From Octopus vulgaris (Eukaryota), in NCBI GenBank assembly GCA_951406725.2, contig OX597836.1:50549282-50613281 (forward strand): a stretch of 64,000 nt of DNA, in the 5' to 3' direction. Positions within the stretch are counted from its first letter, which is position 1. The number at the start of each line of letters is the position of its first letter. The notes beneath the pieces are model-generated. The model had not been told where the DNA came from. It saw only the letters and a program-made list of their open reading frames with translations, and made no database searches. This document shows positions 1 to 13,028 of this stretch, piece by piece. The position numbers and the translations under genes are program-made.

Positions 1-905
1 TATTTTGAGGGCCTGGTTGTAGTAAGGTGTATGAGTGTTGAAAATATTCTTATTGGCTGAAAGATTAGATATTCTAATTGAGATTCCTGTGATTAGATTG
101 TTGAAGGTTATTTTGGGGTGATTGGAGAGTGTAGTAATATACTGCAATGATTGGTTAGGCTTATGATAGGGGTAGTATAAGGCAGTATGTAGATTAAGAG
201 TAACATCTAAAAATTTTGCTACTTTAGTATTTGTTTTGAAAGAGATATTACGAATAAAGTTTTTAAAGAATTTATGCAGTTCTTTTTTTTTGTATATTCC
301 ACTGATAAGTGCATCATCCCTATATAACCCACCTAATATGTTGGGGAATTGCTATTTAATCTGTGAAAGAAATAGATCTACAAGATCTGTAACCTTGGCT
401 GAATCATATGATCCTATTGTTACATCAAAATAATCTGTTGATGCAATACATGTACAGTTTTTATTCTTAAAATATATCAAAGTTTTTCTCACTGCCAGTA
501 TTATATTTATATCAGATGGGGGGAATTTTGGCATAATTTCTGGCAAAAGATTAAAGTTTTGTTCAAAAGGATGAGTGATATAGAAGGATAATAGTTAGCT
601 ATACTGAATTGAAGGAAGTGAATATGGGTTTTTTTTTATGTTGAAGGGAATGAAACCATGTGATGACATCTCCAGTGCAATTCCATAATGGAAATTCAAC
701 ACTAACTCTAACACAGGGTATAATCCAGTCAATTATACATTTACTGATCCAATCCAAATCAGGCTTTGTAGGACCTATTAGCTGATTTGAAGGTTTTGAA
801 TATAAGTTAAGTTTATGTTCCTTTAAGGTGAAATGGAGAGTTTTTGGTGCATAAGGTTCCATTCTGTTTAATAGTTTTAATTCAGCAATTAGCTCACAAT
901 ATACT
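1..905 (-). mobile_element. Decayed Penelope-like retroelement RT fragment, in an intron of the upstream DHRS11 paralog
   Basis: Minus-strand frames give Penelope-type RT motifs in order: LIGPTKPDL, WNCTGDVITWF, NYYPSIS, FDVTIGSYDSAKVTDLV, GLYRDDALI, YPYHKPNQSLQYITTLSNHP. Frameshifted, abuts an (AT)n tract and runs off the window start. Confidence 0.75.
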
Positions 906-924
906 TTATTAATTTCCTTAAGTG

Positions 925-996
<72 letters not shown>

Positions 997-1339
997 TATC
1001 AAAGAGGATCAGTTAAGATCAGGAAATATCAAAGAGAAGCACATCACATAAATGGCTAAATGGTAAAACAAAAATCGGCAGGTAATCAACAGTGGAAGTC
1101 CACTTGCGTTTGCTACACCGACCTCCAAGAGTATCCAGCAGCATGCCAACATTTGCTCTTGTGCAACATGTTTACAGCCTGAAGAATTGAAAGGCTCCCT
1201 GATGTGCTTTGCAAACATCTTATTGATGTTGTATGTCATCCATACTTTTGCCTGTGTGATGTTTCAATGCAATAAAACCATTTAATGAAACAAAATTGTA
1301 GTGATACAGCATAATCGATTCTTTTTTCAATATTCATAG

Positions 1340-1405
1340 GTTCTTGAACCGCAGGATATTGCAGATGCCATTGTCTTTGTCCTACAGACACCCAAGCATT
1401 GTGAG
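1340..1405 (+). CDS. DHRS11: DHRS11-like SDR paralog A, penultimate coding exon (VLEPQDIADAIVFVLQTPKHCE)
   Basis: tag/gtatgt splice sites, 66 nt, phase 0. Same length as and homologous to exon 6 of the complete paralog (29691-29756). Confidence 0.88.
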
Positions 1406-1595
1406 GTATGTTGTTGATACTTCAAATATGTCCATAAACAGGTCAATTTTCTCATTGCATTATTGTCGCCTGTATTGATATTTGTAAGCTTGCAATATAT
1501 TATATACAAGTTCATATATATCTCATCTCTCTGTTTTTCTGACGTTTTTTTATGACCTATTAAATTGTTATTTTGTGTCTTTGCCTCCATTATAG

Positions 1596-1661
1596 GTCAA
1601 TGATATTTTAATGAAGTCAACTGAACAACGGCCCAAAATTTCCTGTGATTTATCAGCATGA
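1596..1661 (+). CDS. DHRS11: DHRS11-like SDR paralog A, last coding exon (VNDILMKSTEQRPKISCDLSA*)
   Basis: Pyrimidine-rich tag acceptor at 1595. Homologous to INEIMMRPTKQ of paralog B; TGA stop at 1659-1661. Confidence 0.85.
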   Translation, partial: VNDILMKSTEQRPKISCDLSA

Positions 1662-2931
1662 GACTTTCTTGTATCAGGTCCAAGGGTCTCAGAAAACTAA
1701 GCCTAAATGAGAAGTTATGGCTTTCATGTATTTCACTTCATAATAATTCTTTCTAATTTTGGCACAAGGCCAGCAATTTTAGGGAAAGTCAAGTCATTTA
1801 CATTGACCCCTAGTACTTGACTGGTACTTTATTATATCAACCCCAGAAGAATGAAAGGCAAAGTTAGCTCAAGTGGAATTTGAACACAAAATGTAATAAT
1901 TCAGAAGAAACACCACTTGTCATTTTTTCCGACACTCAAACGATTTTGCTTTTCACTTCATAACAACAACAACAACCATGGAAAAAGGATAATTGTTTCT
2001 AATATAGGCATGGGACCAGAATCAACCCCAAGGAGAAGTAAAAATCTCTTGATCATCCTGTTTGAAGTTACTTATAGGAAATCTCTGCTTGTCTCAGAAA
2101 AAGATAATGTGTAAATACCATAGAACAGCTGAGCTTAACATCATATTTCAGAGTGAAAATGGCAATAGCTAAATAAATCCTTGACATAACAAGACCAAAT
2201 GACTATAATTGTGGGAAGAAGTGAGGTGAAGAGTTAAAGAATTGTACCATTCTTTGCTGAATCAAAAACCTTTGACAGTCAAGAAATAAAAGTAGAAATA
2301 AATAGAATATAAAATTGAAATGATTTGGTTGCTTTTACTTATTGTTCTTCTGCCATTTTGTATCCTGCTGTTGAAGGTGTTTCATGAAAGAAGTTCAACT
2401 TTTGATCATCCTGCTGAAGTTGCTCCAGGGAGAAGTGTTACATGCATACATACATATGTATGTACATAGATACATACGTACATGCATATTTGGAATCAAA
2501 ATCCATCGACAAGGTTACAGAAGCGATGAAAATTTTGGAATGGAACAAATATAAATCATGAACGAATGGAAATTGAACCAGTGAGTGTGTTCGTTACTAA
2601 AGCAGTCTCCAGATGCAACAATTGCTTTTCTTTTCTTTTCTGTTTCTTTTGTTTTTATGGTTTCTAAGAGCAAAAAAAAAAGGCTCAAATCGGTCTGGAG
2701 GGGGGGGGGGGGGGGTAGAAGAAATTTTCAAAAGTGCTTTTTTTTCTTTCATAGAAAGATGCCCCTCACCAATCAATGGCGGTACTATTGTATTACTGTA
2801 TTTCGCGACAACCACTCAAGCAGAATATTATTGTTGCCTTCTCTTTCGCTAATCTCCTTCTGTTTTTGTTGTACGAGGTGGCAACATAATTTACACTTCG
2901 CTCTCCTCCTTTGCCCAAAAAAATCTAATCT

Positions 2932-3323
2932 ACTCTTTTACGTGTTTCAGTCATTTGACTGTGGCCATGCTGAAGCACCGCCTGTAATCGAGCAGGACTT
3001 ATTCTTTGTAAGCCTAGTACTTATTCTATCGGTCTCTTTTGCTGAACTGCTAAGTTATGGGGGACATAAACACACCAGCATCGGTTGTCAAGCGATGTTG
3101 GGGGGACAAACACAGATACACAAACATATACACACACATACATATATATATACATATATACGATGGGCTTCTTTCAGTTTCCGTCTACCAAATCCACTCA
3201 CAAGGCTTTGCTCAGCCCAAGGCTATAGTAGAAGACACTTGCCCAAGGTACCATGCAGTGGGACTGAGCCTGGAACCATGTGGTTGGTAAGCAAGCTACT
3301 TAACACACAGCCACTCCTACACC
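2932..3323 (-). mobile_element. tRNA-head SINE, family 1 (about 400 bp, internal CA/TA microsatellite)
   Basis: Reverse complement of the copy at 13666-14073, with A/B-box-like head and shared 3' tail. Confidence 0.8.
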
Positions 3324-4737
3324 TATCTATTTAATTATTTATAGGGTCATTGAACCAATTTGAAATGTAAAGCAGAATGTTATAGAAAGCCTCATCACAC
3401 GTTTCCCCTGTTAATTGTCACCACAAGAACTCGTCCAAATCAGATGGTAGCATCTCTTCTGAAGTTCCATTCTTGTGTTTCAATCGCTCTTTCGTTTCTT
3501 TCCAATAACATTCTGCATGATTCCTGCATACTCCATTCACATGATTCACAAAATTCTCAAGATTATTAACAGTCAAATGGTGAAATTGTGGTATCTCAGC
3601 GATTCCAGTCCAAATGGATTTCTATTCTACATAGAACATTTTCCTCAATCAAAGGTAGCAATGACGCCGCTGACCTATCTGGAACAAAACAAATTAATCC
3701 AAGCCCTGTTGTTATGTTCTTCCCTCCAAGCGTCCATTTTGGGGCAACCACACGTCTGACATGCTACTTATTTCGCACCACTGTCCAAAGCCAACCAATC
3801 ACGGCCTTTGGTTAAGGTCCCTTCTCCTAGGCTCTGTTGAGCCACCTTACTTGTATATAAAGGAATGTTCTCAGTATACTTAGTCTTTGGTTCTAGTCCT
3901 TCTAAGGACTAACCTCTGACCACAGAGCTACTCAACATGTTCCAGTCACAGCGACAGACGATCAGCCACGACGACGCTAATGTACACTCACCACAGAACG
4001 CCTTCTATCTCCGCCGCCGTCGTCACCATCATTGTACCAACTTCAAGTCGTCTCTACCATCGTCGCCATCACCATCGTCCACTTCAGACATGTACGCACC
4101 AACCTCACAGATCCACGCTGTTAGAGTGAATCCCTTCACCAAGTAAAACAGTCCGTCTGAAGAATTCTATATTAAGAGAACCAGCTCGGCGATTGAGACC
4201 ATGACCGTGGCTCGACAATATTCACCCAACCGGTCTCCCCACCGAGACACATCTTGATATTGAACTCTTACATATCGTGTACCTTATGAAATGTAAACCA
4301 ATTTCCATCATTAACTCTATGCTCTGTACTTTCTGTGTCACACGCTTTCACCCTTATTGTATCTGTCACCCACACGAACACACAGACACAAACACTTGTT
4401 GCATGCACACATACACAACACTTGCTAGCACTCACAACCTTCTAACCTTAATGCCAATTGTAAATAAAATCTTATCTTCTCTCAAACAGTGAAACGGCTT
4501 GTCGTCATTAATCTATATTCTGTTGGCACTGCGTTGTATAAATTGCATTTATAGCTTATCTTATTTCGTTAGGGATGCGACCGTGTGACTTACCTATGTC
4601 ACCAACCTCCACATACGGTTGTATTTCCTACACATTTATTAGACCCAAGTAGGGTCTATCTTCTACATATGTGTATTAGTTGGTCTCCATATCTTGATAT
4701 TTGTCTGGGTTCTTCTTGTGGTATTCTTTTATTTCTT

Positions 4738-4921
4738 TTTTCTTTTACTTGTTTCAGTCATTTGACTGCGGCCATGCTGGAGCACCACTTTTAGTCGAGC
4801 AAATCGACGCAGGACTTATTCTTTGTAAGCCCAGTACTTATTCTATCGGTCTCTTTTACGAGGACGTAAACACACCAGCATCGGTTGTCAAGCAATGCTA
4901 GGGGGACAAACACACACACAT

Positions 4922-4969
<48 letters not shown>

Positions 4970-5129
4970 GACAGGCTTTTTTCAGTTTTCATCTACCAAA
5001 TCCACTCACACGGCATTGGTTGGCCCGGGGCTATAGCAGAAGACACTTGCCCAAGATGCCACGCAGTGGGACTGAACCCGGAACTATGTGGTTGGTTAGC
5101 AAGCTACTTACCACACAGCCACTCCTGCA
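4738..5129 (-). mobile_element. tRNA-head SINE, family 1
   Basis: High identity to the copies at 2932-3323 and 13666-14073. Confidence 0.8.
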
Positions 5130-5587
5130 TATACATATCCATTTATCTAAATTATATTTCCTAATTCTCTATAGATGGGTATCAGCACATTTATATATGG
5201 AGGTTTATGTGTGTATTTTGTATATATATGATGATGATGATGATGATATATATATATATTTATTGATATATATAAATACATATACTCAGGTAAGTCTGCA
5301 TATTTCTAGGCATGGTTTCTCATCCTCAGACTGTATTATGTTATTTTTATGAATGTAACGTGTATTCAAATGCTTCCCAAAATCTAGAGTTCACTTTAAT
5401 GGTTTCAATGACACTACAGGATGTTGCACATGCATTCATCTTGTAGCAGAAACAACTGTAAGCTAATGAAGGAGATCATGTAAATCTTGTAGTTTTGTCA
5501 TTCAATAAAAGATACACACACAGCTCACACTCATACATACACGCACACAATTATACATACATGTACACACACACACACACACACAAA

Positions 5588-6763
5588 GTGATGCTGTTGA
5601 CATCGTTTTGCTGGACTTTGCCAAAGCTTTTGACTTGGTAAACCACCGCCTATTGCTTGTCAAGCTTCAAGCATATAGTTTCCATCCGGATATTGTACGA
5701 TGGGTTGGTGCCTTCCTCTCAGATCGCTCCTTCCAAGTCCAAGTTAATGGTTCGCGGTCCGACGTCTCCAGTGCGAGCAGTGGTGTGCTCAAGGTTCAGT
5801 GCTTGGGCCCTTGTTGTTCTTAGTCTTCATAAATGACTTGCCCGATGACCTCACGCAACACACCCTTCTATTTGCCGACGATATCAAACTGGTCGCTCCT
5901 CGCGGTAATACAGAGGATCTTCGTCGATGCCTCCACCAAATTTGGAAGTGGTCTAACAATTGGGACCTGTGTCTGAACGTGTCAAAGTGCTGTCATCTGC
6001 CTGTCGGCTCTACTCCTGCAACTCAACTTGATTTCGAGCAGGGTCGTCTGCTGCTGGAGAGGACCGATCAGGTAAAGGACCTAGGTATCTTGGTGGATTC
6101 CTCCTTTTCGCCTTCGGCCCAGTGCGTCCATGCTGCCAACAAAGCACGCGGAATTCTGTTCTTGATTCGACGGTCATTCGGAATGCTCACAGCAGCCATA
6201 TTCCTACCACTCTATGTCACGCTGGTGAGACCCATATTGGAGTATGGGATTCAAGCCTCTTCTCCTTATCTCCTCAAAGACATACAGCATCTCGAAAGAG
6301 TCCAGAAGCTGGCTACCCACATGGTTCATGGTCTCAAAAATTTGTCCTACGAAGAAAGGCTGAGGACGCTCGACCTTTATTCTCTTGAAAAACGCCGCTG
6401 CCGTGGTGATCTCATTCTCGCCCACAACATCATAAGCGGAAAGTGTAACCTCTCGAAAGAGCTGTTCTTCACTCCTGCTCCAGAGCGTCAGCTGCGGGGT
6501 CATTCCGAAAAGCTCTACCTGCGACGATTTCATCTCAATCGAAGGAGAGGAGCTTTCTCCGTCCGGGTTGCGGATCCGTGGAACAAGCTGCCAGACGAGA
6601 TGGTGAAGATGCCAACGACCGCTTTGTTCAAAGCCTCCCTTGACCTCAAGTGGCCTGAACTCTTTACATGAATACCACCCTGTACCTAACTCCATGTCCC
6701 CCTACATGGCCTTGCTATTTGCTTTTGAGCCAAATTAACTAACTAACTAACTAACTAACTAAC
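5588..6763 (+). mobile_element. 5'-truncated CR1-group LINE (RT C-terminal half) with (TAAC)n tail
   Basis: ORFs 5608-5823 and 5799-6671 carry LDFAKAFD, LGPLLFLVFINDL, LFADDIKL, LVRPILEY and WNKLP. One frameshift near 5790; ends in (taac)n at about 6736-6763. Confidence 0.9.
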
Positions 6764-7173
6764 AAAAACAATACACAGACTAAAGTACAGTTACTCCACA
6801 CACACATCCCCACTGATATACACGTACACAGACAGACACACACATACATACACACACACACTACATATACATACATGTACCCATACACATATGCACGCAC
6901 AAGCACACACGCACACATACACAGAGTAAAGTACAGTTACTCCCCCACACACAACCCCTATGCATACACACACGAACACACACATACATACATAACACAC
7001 ACACACTACATATACATACACGCACACACTACATATACATACACGCACACACTACATATACATACACGCACACACACATACTTCAGACTACCAGTACCTT
7101 CTACTGACCATTCACCTATGCCCATGTGTAGGTAGACACACAACAGACAGCCACTCCTACCAAAATTCTTAAC

Positions 7174-7445
7174 ATAAATTCTTCCTATGACCTTAAAGGA
7201 TACCAAGCCCAACCACACACATAGATAAACAGCCACAACCACGCATACACACGTGCTATCATTACACACACAAATACACACACACACACACACCTGCACG
7301 CACGAACATACCCACAGGTATGTTCGTGCGTGCAGGTGTGTGTGTGCGTGTGTGTAATGATAGCACGTGTGTATGTGTGGTTGTGGCTGTTTATCTATGT
7401 GTGTGGTTGGGCTTGGTATCCTTTAAGGTCATAGGAAGAATTTAT
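7174..7445. repeat. Fold-back palindrome, arms 7174-7312 and 7317-7445, 4-nt loop
   Basis: Arms are reverse complements apart from the length of an internal CA tract and a few substitutions. Confidence 0.85.
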
Positions 7446-7665
7446 ACTTCCTTCTCTTGCACTCTCCTGTCTTTGAAAGAACTTTTTCTTCACCCATTTC
7501 CTTCTGGTCATTTCAATATGTGACCGTGTGTGTATAGTTGGCGATTTTCTTTCTCCGTCTTCCCTTCTTTGGACTGTACTTATTCCACGTCCTCGCGTTG
7601 TTGTGTTTTCTCTTTGTTCATGTTTGGATTAACTATATATATATATATATATATACATATATATA

Positions 7666-7699
<34 letters not shown>

Positions 7700-7701
<2 letters not shown>

Positions 7702-9472
7702 ACAGAAAAGAGGATTATCCCCACGTGGTGAGTTGTAATGTAAATAAGAAATTAAAAAAGGAAAATACGCACACTTACATAGTTTTTAATATAATTTTTA
7801 ATATATCGACCGGTTTTGCTATCACTATTCATGATATTATGTTTTACTTATTTGAATATATATCTTTTCTTAATAAGAAATTTGGTCCATGTTGTGTGTG
7901 ATGAAATTCACGAGTGAATGACTTCACAAGTAGATAAATAAAGGGAGGTAATTGTTTGTCATTATTATTGTTATTGTTGTGGGTAAGGGAGATAACTGTT
8001 CAGCTTTCGGTAATGGGTGGGGATTATATATGTGTACAGACAGAGACAAGTTTCAAAAACCTTGTTTAGTAGGGGATTTATGTACAGTGATGTAGTCATG
8101 AATTGAAATATGTAAAAAGATAAAAGTTGGTTATGAGTGCATATTAAGTGCGGAATATGAGTGCAGAATTGCGATGGGGATGAAAGCAGTTCCTATTCTT
8201 GTGAACCTAATAATGGGTTATTTTGAATTCACCTTATATGAAGTATCACTTCAGAAATATGGTTACACATTTTACCTCTACATAAGAGAAAATTGGAAGC
8301 GATACCTGGATGACTGCTTTATCATCTGGAAGGAGAACATCGACAAACTTTTGGATTTCAAAACAACACTAAATGACATAAATAGTAACATTCAATTCAC
8401 AATGGAATATAACAAAGAACAACTTCCATTTTTAGACATCATGATAAAAAAAGTTAACAATGAAATCATAACTGACATTTATTATAAACCAACTGATTCA
8501 AAACAATATCCTCTCTTTAACTCATGCCACCCGAAACACATAAAAATAAACATCCCTTTCAACTTAGCAAAAAGGATCTGCACAATAGTGTCTGACAGAA
8601 CAACTTGGGACCTTCATCTTCAAGACCTCAAAATAACACTTATTGAAAGACAATATCCACCTTCTCTTATGAACGAGGGAATTAAACGTGCCAAACAATT
8701 AGTCACAAAAACACTAAGAACAACAAAACATAACACCATACCTCATCTCAAAACATTACTATTTATATCAACACACAACCACAGAAACAGCGAGGCATTC
8801 AACACTATTGTGCAAACTTTTCCTTTACTAACTAGAGATCCAAAAATGAACGACATCCTGAAAACACACAAACCCATCAAATGCAAAAAACAAGACAAAT
8901 CGCTAAAGAGACTACTAACAAATGCGAAGCTTTACAAAACAACCACGAAACCAATGGTTGAAAAATGTGAACGCCCGAACTGTGGAACCTGCCCCCACCT
9001 GCTTGAAGGCTCGGACTTCCTTTTAAAACAAGGACAGAGGTTTACAATTAAAACTAGTTTCACCTGTGCCTCTGAGAACCTAATTTATGTAATAACCTGC
9101 TCGGGTTGCGGACACCACTATATTGGACAAACGAGTATGACCTTGAGAAAGAGAACCACTCTACATAAGGAGCAAATCCGTTTCCCACAATACAGACAAA
9201 TTCCTCTCAGTGAACATATAGAAAAATGTGCAGGTAACATCAAACCAAATTTCACAGTCTTCCCTTTCTACCAGTGCAAAGACACAATCTCTCAACTAGA
9301 ATGTTTAAATAAAGGAACTTTTTTTATTGAAAAATACAAAACACGTTTAATATGCACTCATAACCATCTTTTATCTTTTTGCATATTTCAATTCACGACA
9401 ACATCACTGTACATAAATCCCCTACTAAACAAGGTTTTTGAAACTCGTCTCTGTCTGTACACATATATAATC
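7700..9472 (+). mobile_element. 5'-truncated Penelope-like element (RT C-terminus plus GIY-YIG endonuclease, probably Neptune-type) with an inverted 3'-end copy on its left
   Basis: ORF from 8174 has WKRYLDDCF, LPFLDI, YYKPTD..SCHP, a KCERPNCGTC linker and LIYVITC..YIGQT. Segment 8022-8146 is the reverse complement of 9347-9472. Confidence 0.88.
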
Positions 9473-9750
9473 TGCAAGAAGTATGCCCACACCACCTACC
9501 TCATTACTGTTACCTTCCCAGAAGATTTTATACCCATGTGCCTTGCCTTTGAGGAACTTGGTTGGAGCTCTTACCTTCTGCATACAACCTACATCAGCAT
9601 GCCTCAGCTCAAGTATCTCAACAATCTCGCTAGACATACATTTCAGTGTGCCTACATTGATAGTGCCAACTCTGAAAACTGGGAAAGGGACATGAGAAAG
9701 GGACATGGGAAGGGGAGATGGTATTCAGCACCTGGAAAGAAGGTTTCAAT
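9473..9750 (-). mobile_element. RTE LINE fragment (N-terminus of AP endonuclease)
   Basis: ORF 9425-9706(-) reads RVGTINVGTL..EIVEIL..ADVGCMQ..GGVGILL. Confidence 0.7.
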
Positions 9751-9767
9751 GATTGTTAAAAGATAAA

Positions 9768-12084
9768 GATCATCATCATCATCATCATCATCATCATTTA
9801 GCGTCCGCTTTCCATGCTAGCATGGGTTGGACGGGTCAACTGGGGTCTGTGAAGCTGGAAGGCTTCGTCAGGCCCAGTCAGATCTGGCAGTGTTTCTACG
9901 GCTGGATGCCCTTCCTAACGCCAACCACTCCGCGAGTGTAGTGGGTGTTTTTTACGTGCCACCTGCACAGGTGCCAGACAGAGCTGGCGAACGGCCACGA
10001 ACGGATGGTGCTTTTACGTGTCACCGGCACGGGGCCAGGCGATGCTGGCAACGGACACGAACGGATGGTGCTTTTACGTGCCACCAACACGGGGCCAGAC
10101 AGAGCTGGCAAACGGCCACGAATGGACGGTGCTTTTACGTGTCACCGGCACGGGGGCCAGCCGAGGCTGACAACGAACACAAACGGATAGTGCTTTTACG
10201 TGCCACCGACACGGGACCAGACAGAGCTGGCAAACGGCCACGAATGGACGGTGCTTTTACATGTCACTGGCATGGGGGCCAGCCGAGGCTGGCAACGGAC
10301 GCGAACGGATGGTGCTTTTACGTGCCAACGACACGGTTGCCAGACAGAGCTGGCAAACGGCCACGAACGGACGGTGCTTTTACGAGTCACCGGCATGGGG
10401 GCCAGCCGAGGCTGGCAACGGACACGAACGGATGGTGCTTTTACGTGCCACCGACACGGGGCCAGACAGAGCTGGCAAACGGCCACGAACGGACGGTGCT
10501 TTTATGTGTCACCGGCACGGGGCCAGGCCAGGCTGGCAACGAACACGAACGGATGGTGCTTTTACGTGCCACCGACACGGGGGCCAGGCAGAGCTGGCAA
10601 ATGGCCACGAGCGAATGGTGCTTTTACGTATCACCGGCACAGGTGCCAGACGAGGCTGACAGCGGACACGCTTTCTGATATATGATTTGATTTTGATTGT
10701 TCTCACTGGTCTTGCCGGGTCTTCTCACGCACAGCATACTTCCATAGGTCTCGGTCTCTGGTCATTTCCTTGGTGAGACCTAGAGTTCGAAGGTCGTGCT
10801 TCACCACCTCGACCCAGGTTTTCCTGGGTCTACCTCTTCCACAGGTCCCCTCAACTGCCAGGGTGTGGCACTTTTTCATACACCTATCTTCATCCATTCT
10901 CACCACATGACCATACCAGCGCAATCATCTCTCTTGCACACAACATCTGATGCCTCTTAGGTCCAACTTTTCTCTCAAGGTACTTACACTCTGTCGACTA
11001 TGAACACTGACATTACACATCCAACGGAGCATACTAGCTTCATTTCTCACGAGCTTACGCATGTCCTCAGCAGTCACGGCCCATGTTTCACTGCCATGTA
11101 GCATGGCTGTTCGTACACATGCATCATACAGTCTGCCTTTTACTCTGAGCGAGAGGCCTTTAGTCATCAACAGAGGTAAGAGCTCCCTAAACTTTGCCCA
11201 GGCTATTCTTACTCGAGCCGTTACACTTTCAGTACACCCACCCCCACTACTGACTTGGTCACCAAGATAACGGAAGCTATCAACTACTTCTAGTTTTTCC
11301 CCCTGGAAAGTGACGGAAGTTGTTTTCTGCAGATTTTCAGAGGTTAATGCTCCCGAGCATCTGCCACATACAAAAACCATCTTCCTAGTTAGCCTTCCTA
11401 TGACATTGCTGCACCTCTTATGTGTCCATAGCTTACACTTGGTGCATCTTATAGAGTTTCTACCTACACCTTTTCTACAGATCGAGCAGGGCCATCTACC
11501 TGAAGGCGTTTGTGATTTGTCTACCTTCCTACTTATTACGACTTTGGTTTTAGCTAGGTTGACTCTAAGGCCCTTTGATTCTAAACCATGCTTCCACACC
11601 TGAAACTTCTTCTCCAGTTCTGATAATGACTCAGCAATTAGAGCAAGGTCATCAGCATAGAGGAGCTCCCAGGGGCATCCTGTCTTGAATTCCTCCGTTA
11701 TTGCCTGGAGGACTATGATAAATAGGAGGGGGCTGAGGACTGAGCCTTGGTGGACCCCTACCTCTACCCGGAATTCTTCACTGTACTCATTGCCAACCCT
11801 CACCTTACTAGCAGCGTCCCTGTACATGGCTTGCACAGCTCTCACTAACCATTCATCTATTCCTAGTTTCCTCATTGACCACCATATGAGGGATCGGGGG
11901 ACCCTGTCGAAGGCTTTCTCCATGTCAACAAAAGCCAGGTACAGGGGCTTATCTTTGGCTAGGTATTTCTCCTGCAGCTGCCTTACCAGGAATATAGCAT
12001 CAGTGGTACTTTTCCCTGGCACGAAACCAAACTGCATCTCATCTAAACTAACTCTCTCTCTAATTAGTTGGCTTATGACCCTCT
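9768..12084 (-). mobile_element. 5'-truncated RTE-clade LINE: RT with inserted Cys/His finger, long 3' UTR, (GAT)n tail
   Basis: ORF 10925-12037 (QFGFVPG, FVDMEKAFDRVPR, GVHQGSVLSPLLF, LLYADDL) continues past one TGA into 10703-10924 (RWYGHV..RGRPRKTW). (cat)n at 9768-9797 is the tail. Confidence 0.92.
9950..10670. repeat. Minisatellite of about 60-bp units, alternating A/B (about 121-bp higher-order period), in the RTE 3' UTR
   Basis: About 12 recurrences of ggtgcttttacgtg(c/t)caccg..ctggcaa..cacgaacgga. This explains the repetitive ORFs at 9827-10706. Confidence 0.92.
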
Positions 12085-12794
12085 AAAAAATATCATTAAA
12101 AAATATAAATAAAGTATTTGATAAGTACCTACAACAAAAATTTAGGAAATGTAGCTATTACCAGAGATAATACTGAAAGGAACATATCTAGTGAATTTGT
12201 GTAGAATACTGCTGATTCACTGTGCCTCTCATAAATGCAATCTAGCTGCTTCTGCATACCTTGATAAAATTATGTTGATGAGCAAGCTAAAAGCATTAAA
12301 ACTTACAGGTAAACTTCGAGAAAGAATGTCTTTGCAAACCTTTACAAAGAAATAAAACCTGTTGGTTCCTGTAGAGTTTCCTATCATTTTGGCTCTTATC
12401 TAAATCGAAGCTGACATTCCAAAATATATGGTATTTTTATGTTTGGCAAAATAATTGGCCTGTATCCTAATTAAAATTAATTGATTGGAAAGGTTCCAAT
12501 CAATTATTTACAACCCCTGATGGAGACCCCTGTTGGAAAAGAGAGTGAGTTGGAGAGAGAGAGAGATGTTGGCAAAGATGTGTTGAGACATGCCCTTGAG
12601 GGATACAACATCCCGCACTCTGTTGTTCCAGCTGGTTGGAACTCGTTTTGTGTCAACCACCCCTGGTGGTATATGTATTTCACACCCAGCCCATCAAGGA
12701 CTGCTTGACAGATGACTGAAACTGTTTTTTATGGCATGTCTGTTGCTCCATACTTTGCAGATAAGGAAAATGCAAGGTGCCAAATAACAGCCCC

Positions 12795-13028
12795 TTAAAA
12801 AAATTGGGTTATCTCCCCTGCCTTAAAAAATTGTTTGACCCTCATTAAAACAAAAAAAAAAAAACATGAAAAGTTTTTGCATTCTTATTGAATCTGATAA
12901 TATTTTTTATAACAAATCATACCTTGCCTATTGAGGAGGCCAAACATCAACAATGATCTTCTCACTCTTTTAATCTAATCTCTTGTCGCCACACTTTTTT
13001 TTAGTGGGGAGATAACCCAATTTTTTAA
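12795..13028. mobile_element. Small MITE-like element with about 23-bp inverted ends
   Basis: ttaaaaaaattgggttatctcccc (12795-12818) versus ggggagataacccaattttttaa (13006-13028). Confidence 0.55.

Noticed and set aside
2585-3334. 249-aa ORF and similar ORFs at 4885-5352
   Set aside because: Read through antisense SINE and low-complexity sequence; no domain.
8174-9766. 530-aa ORF as a host gene
   Set aside because: Truncated Penelope RT-EN that starts mid-RT and reads through into unrelated repeats.
9827-10706. Repetitive ORFs and a CRISPR-like look of repeated units
   Set aside because: Tandem minisatellite without unique spacers, in a eukaryotic LINE UTR; no cas genes.
10925-10927. In-frame TGA in the RTE ORF, also present in the 22134-22351 fragment, as possible Sec or readthrough
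   Set aside because: The copy near 16758 has CGA (Arg) here. CpG decay or shared descent explains it, the position is not a Cys site, and I saw no SECIS.
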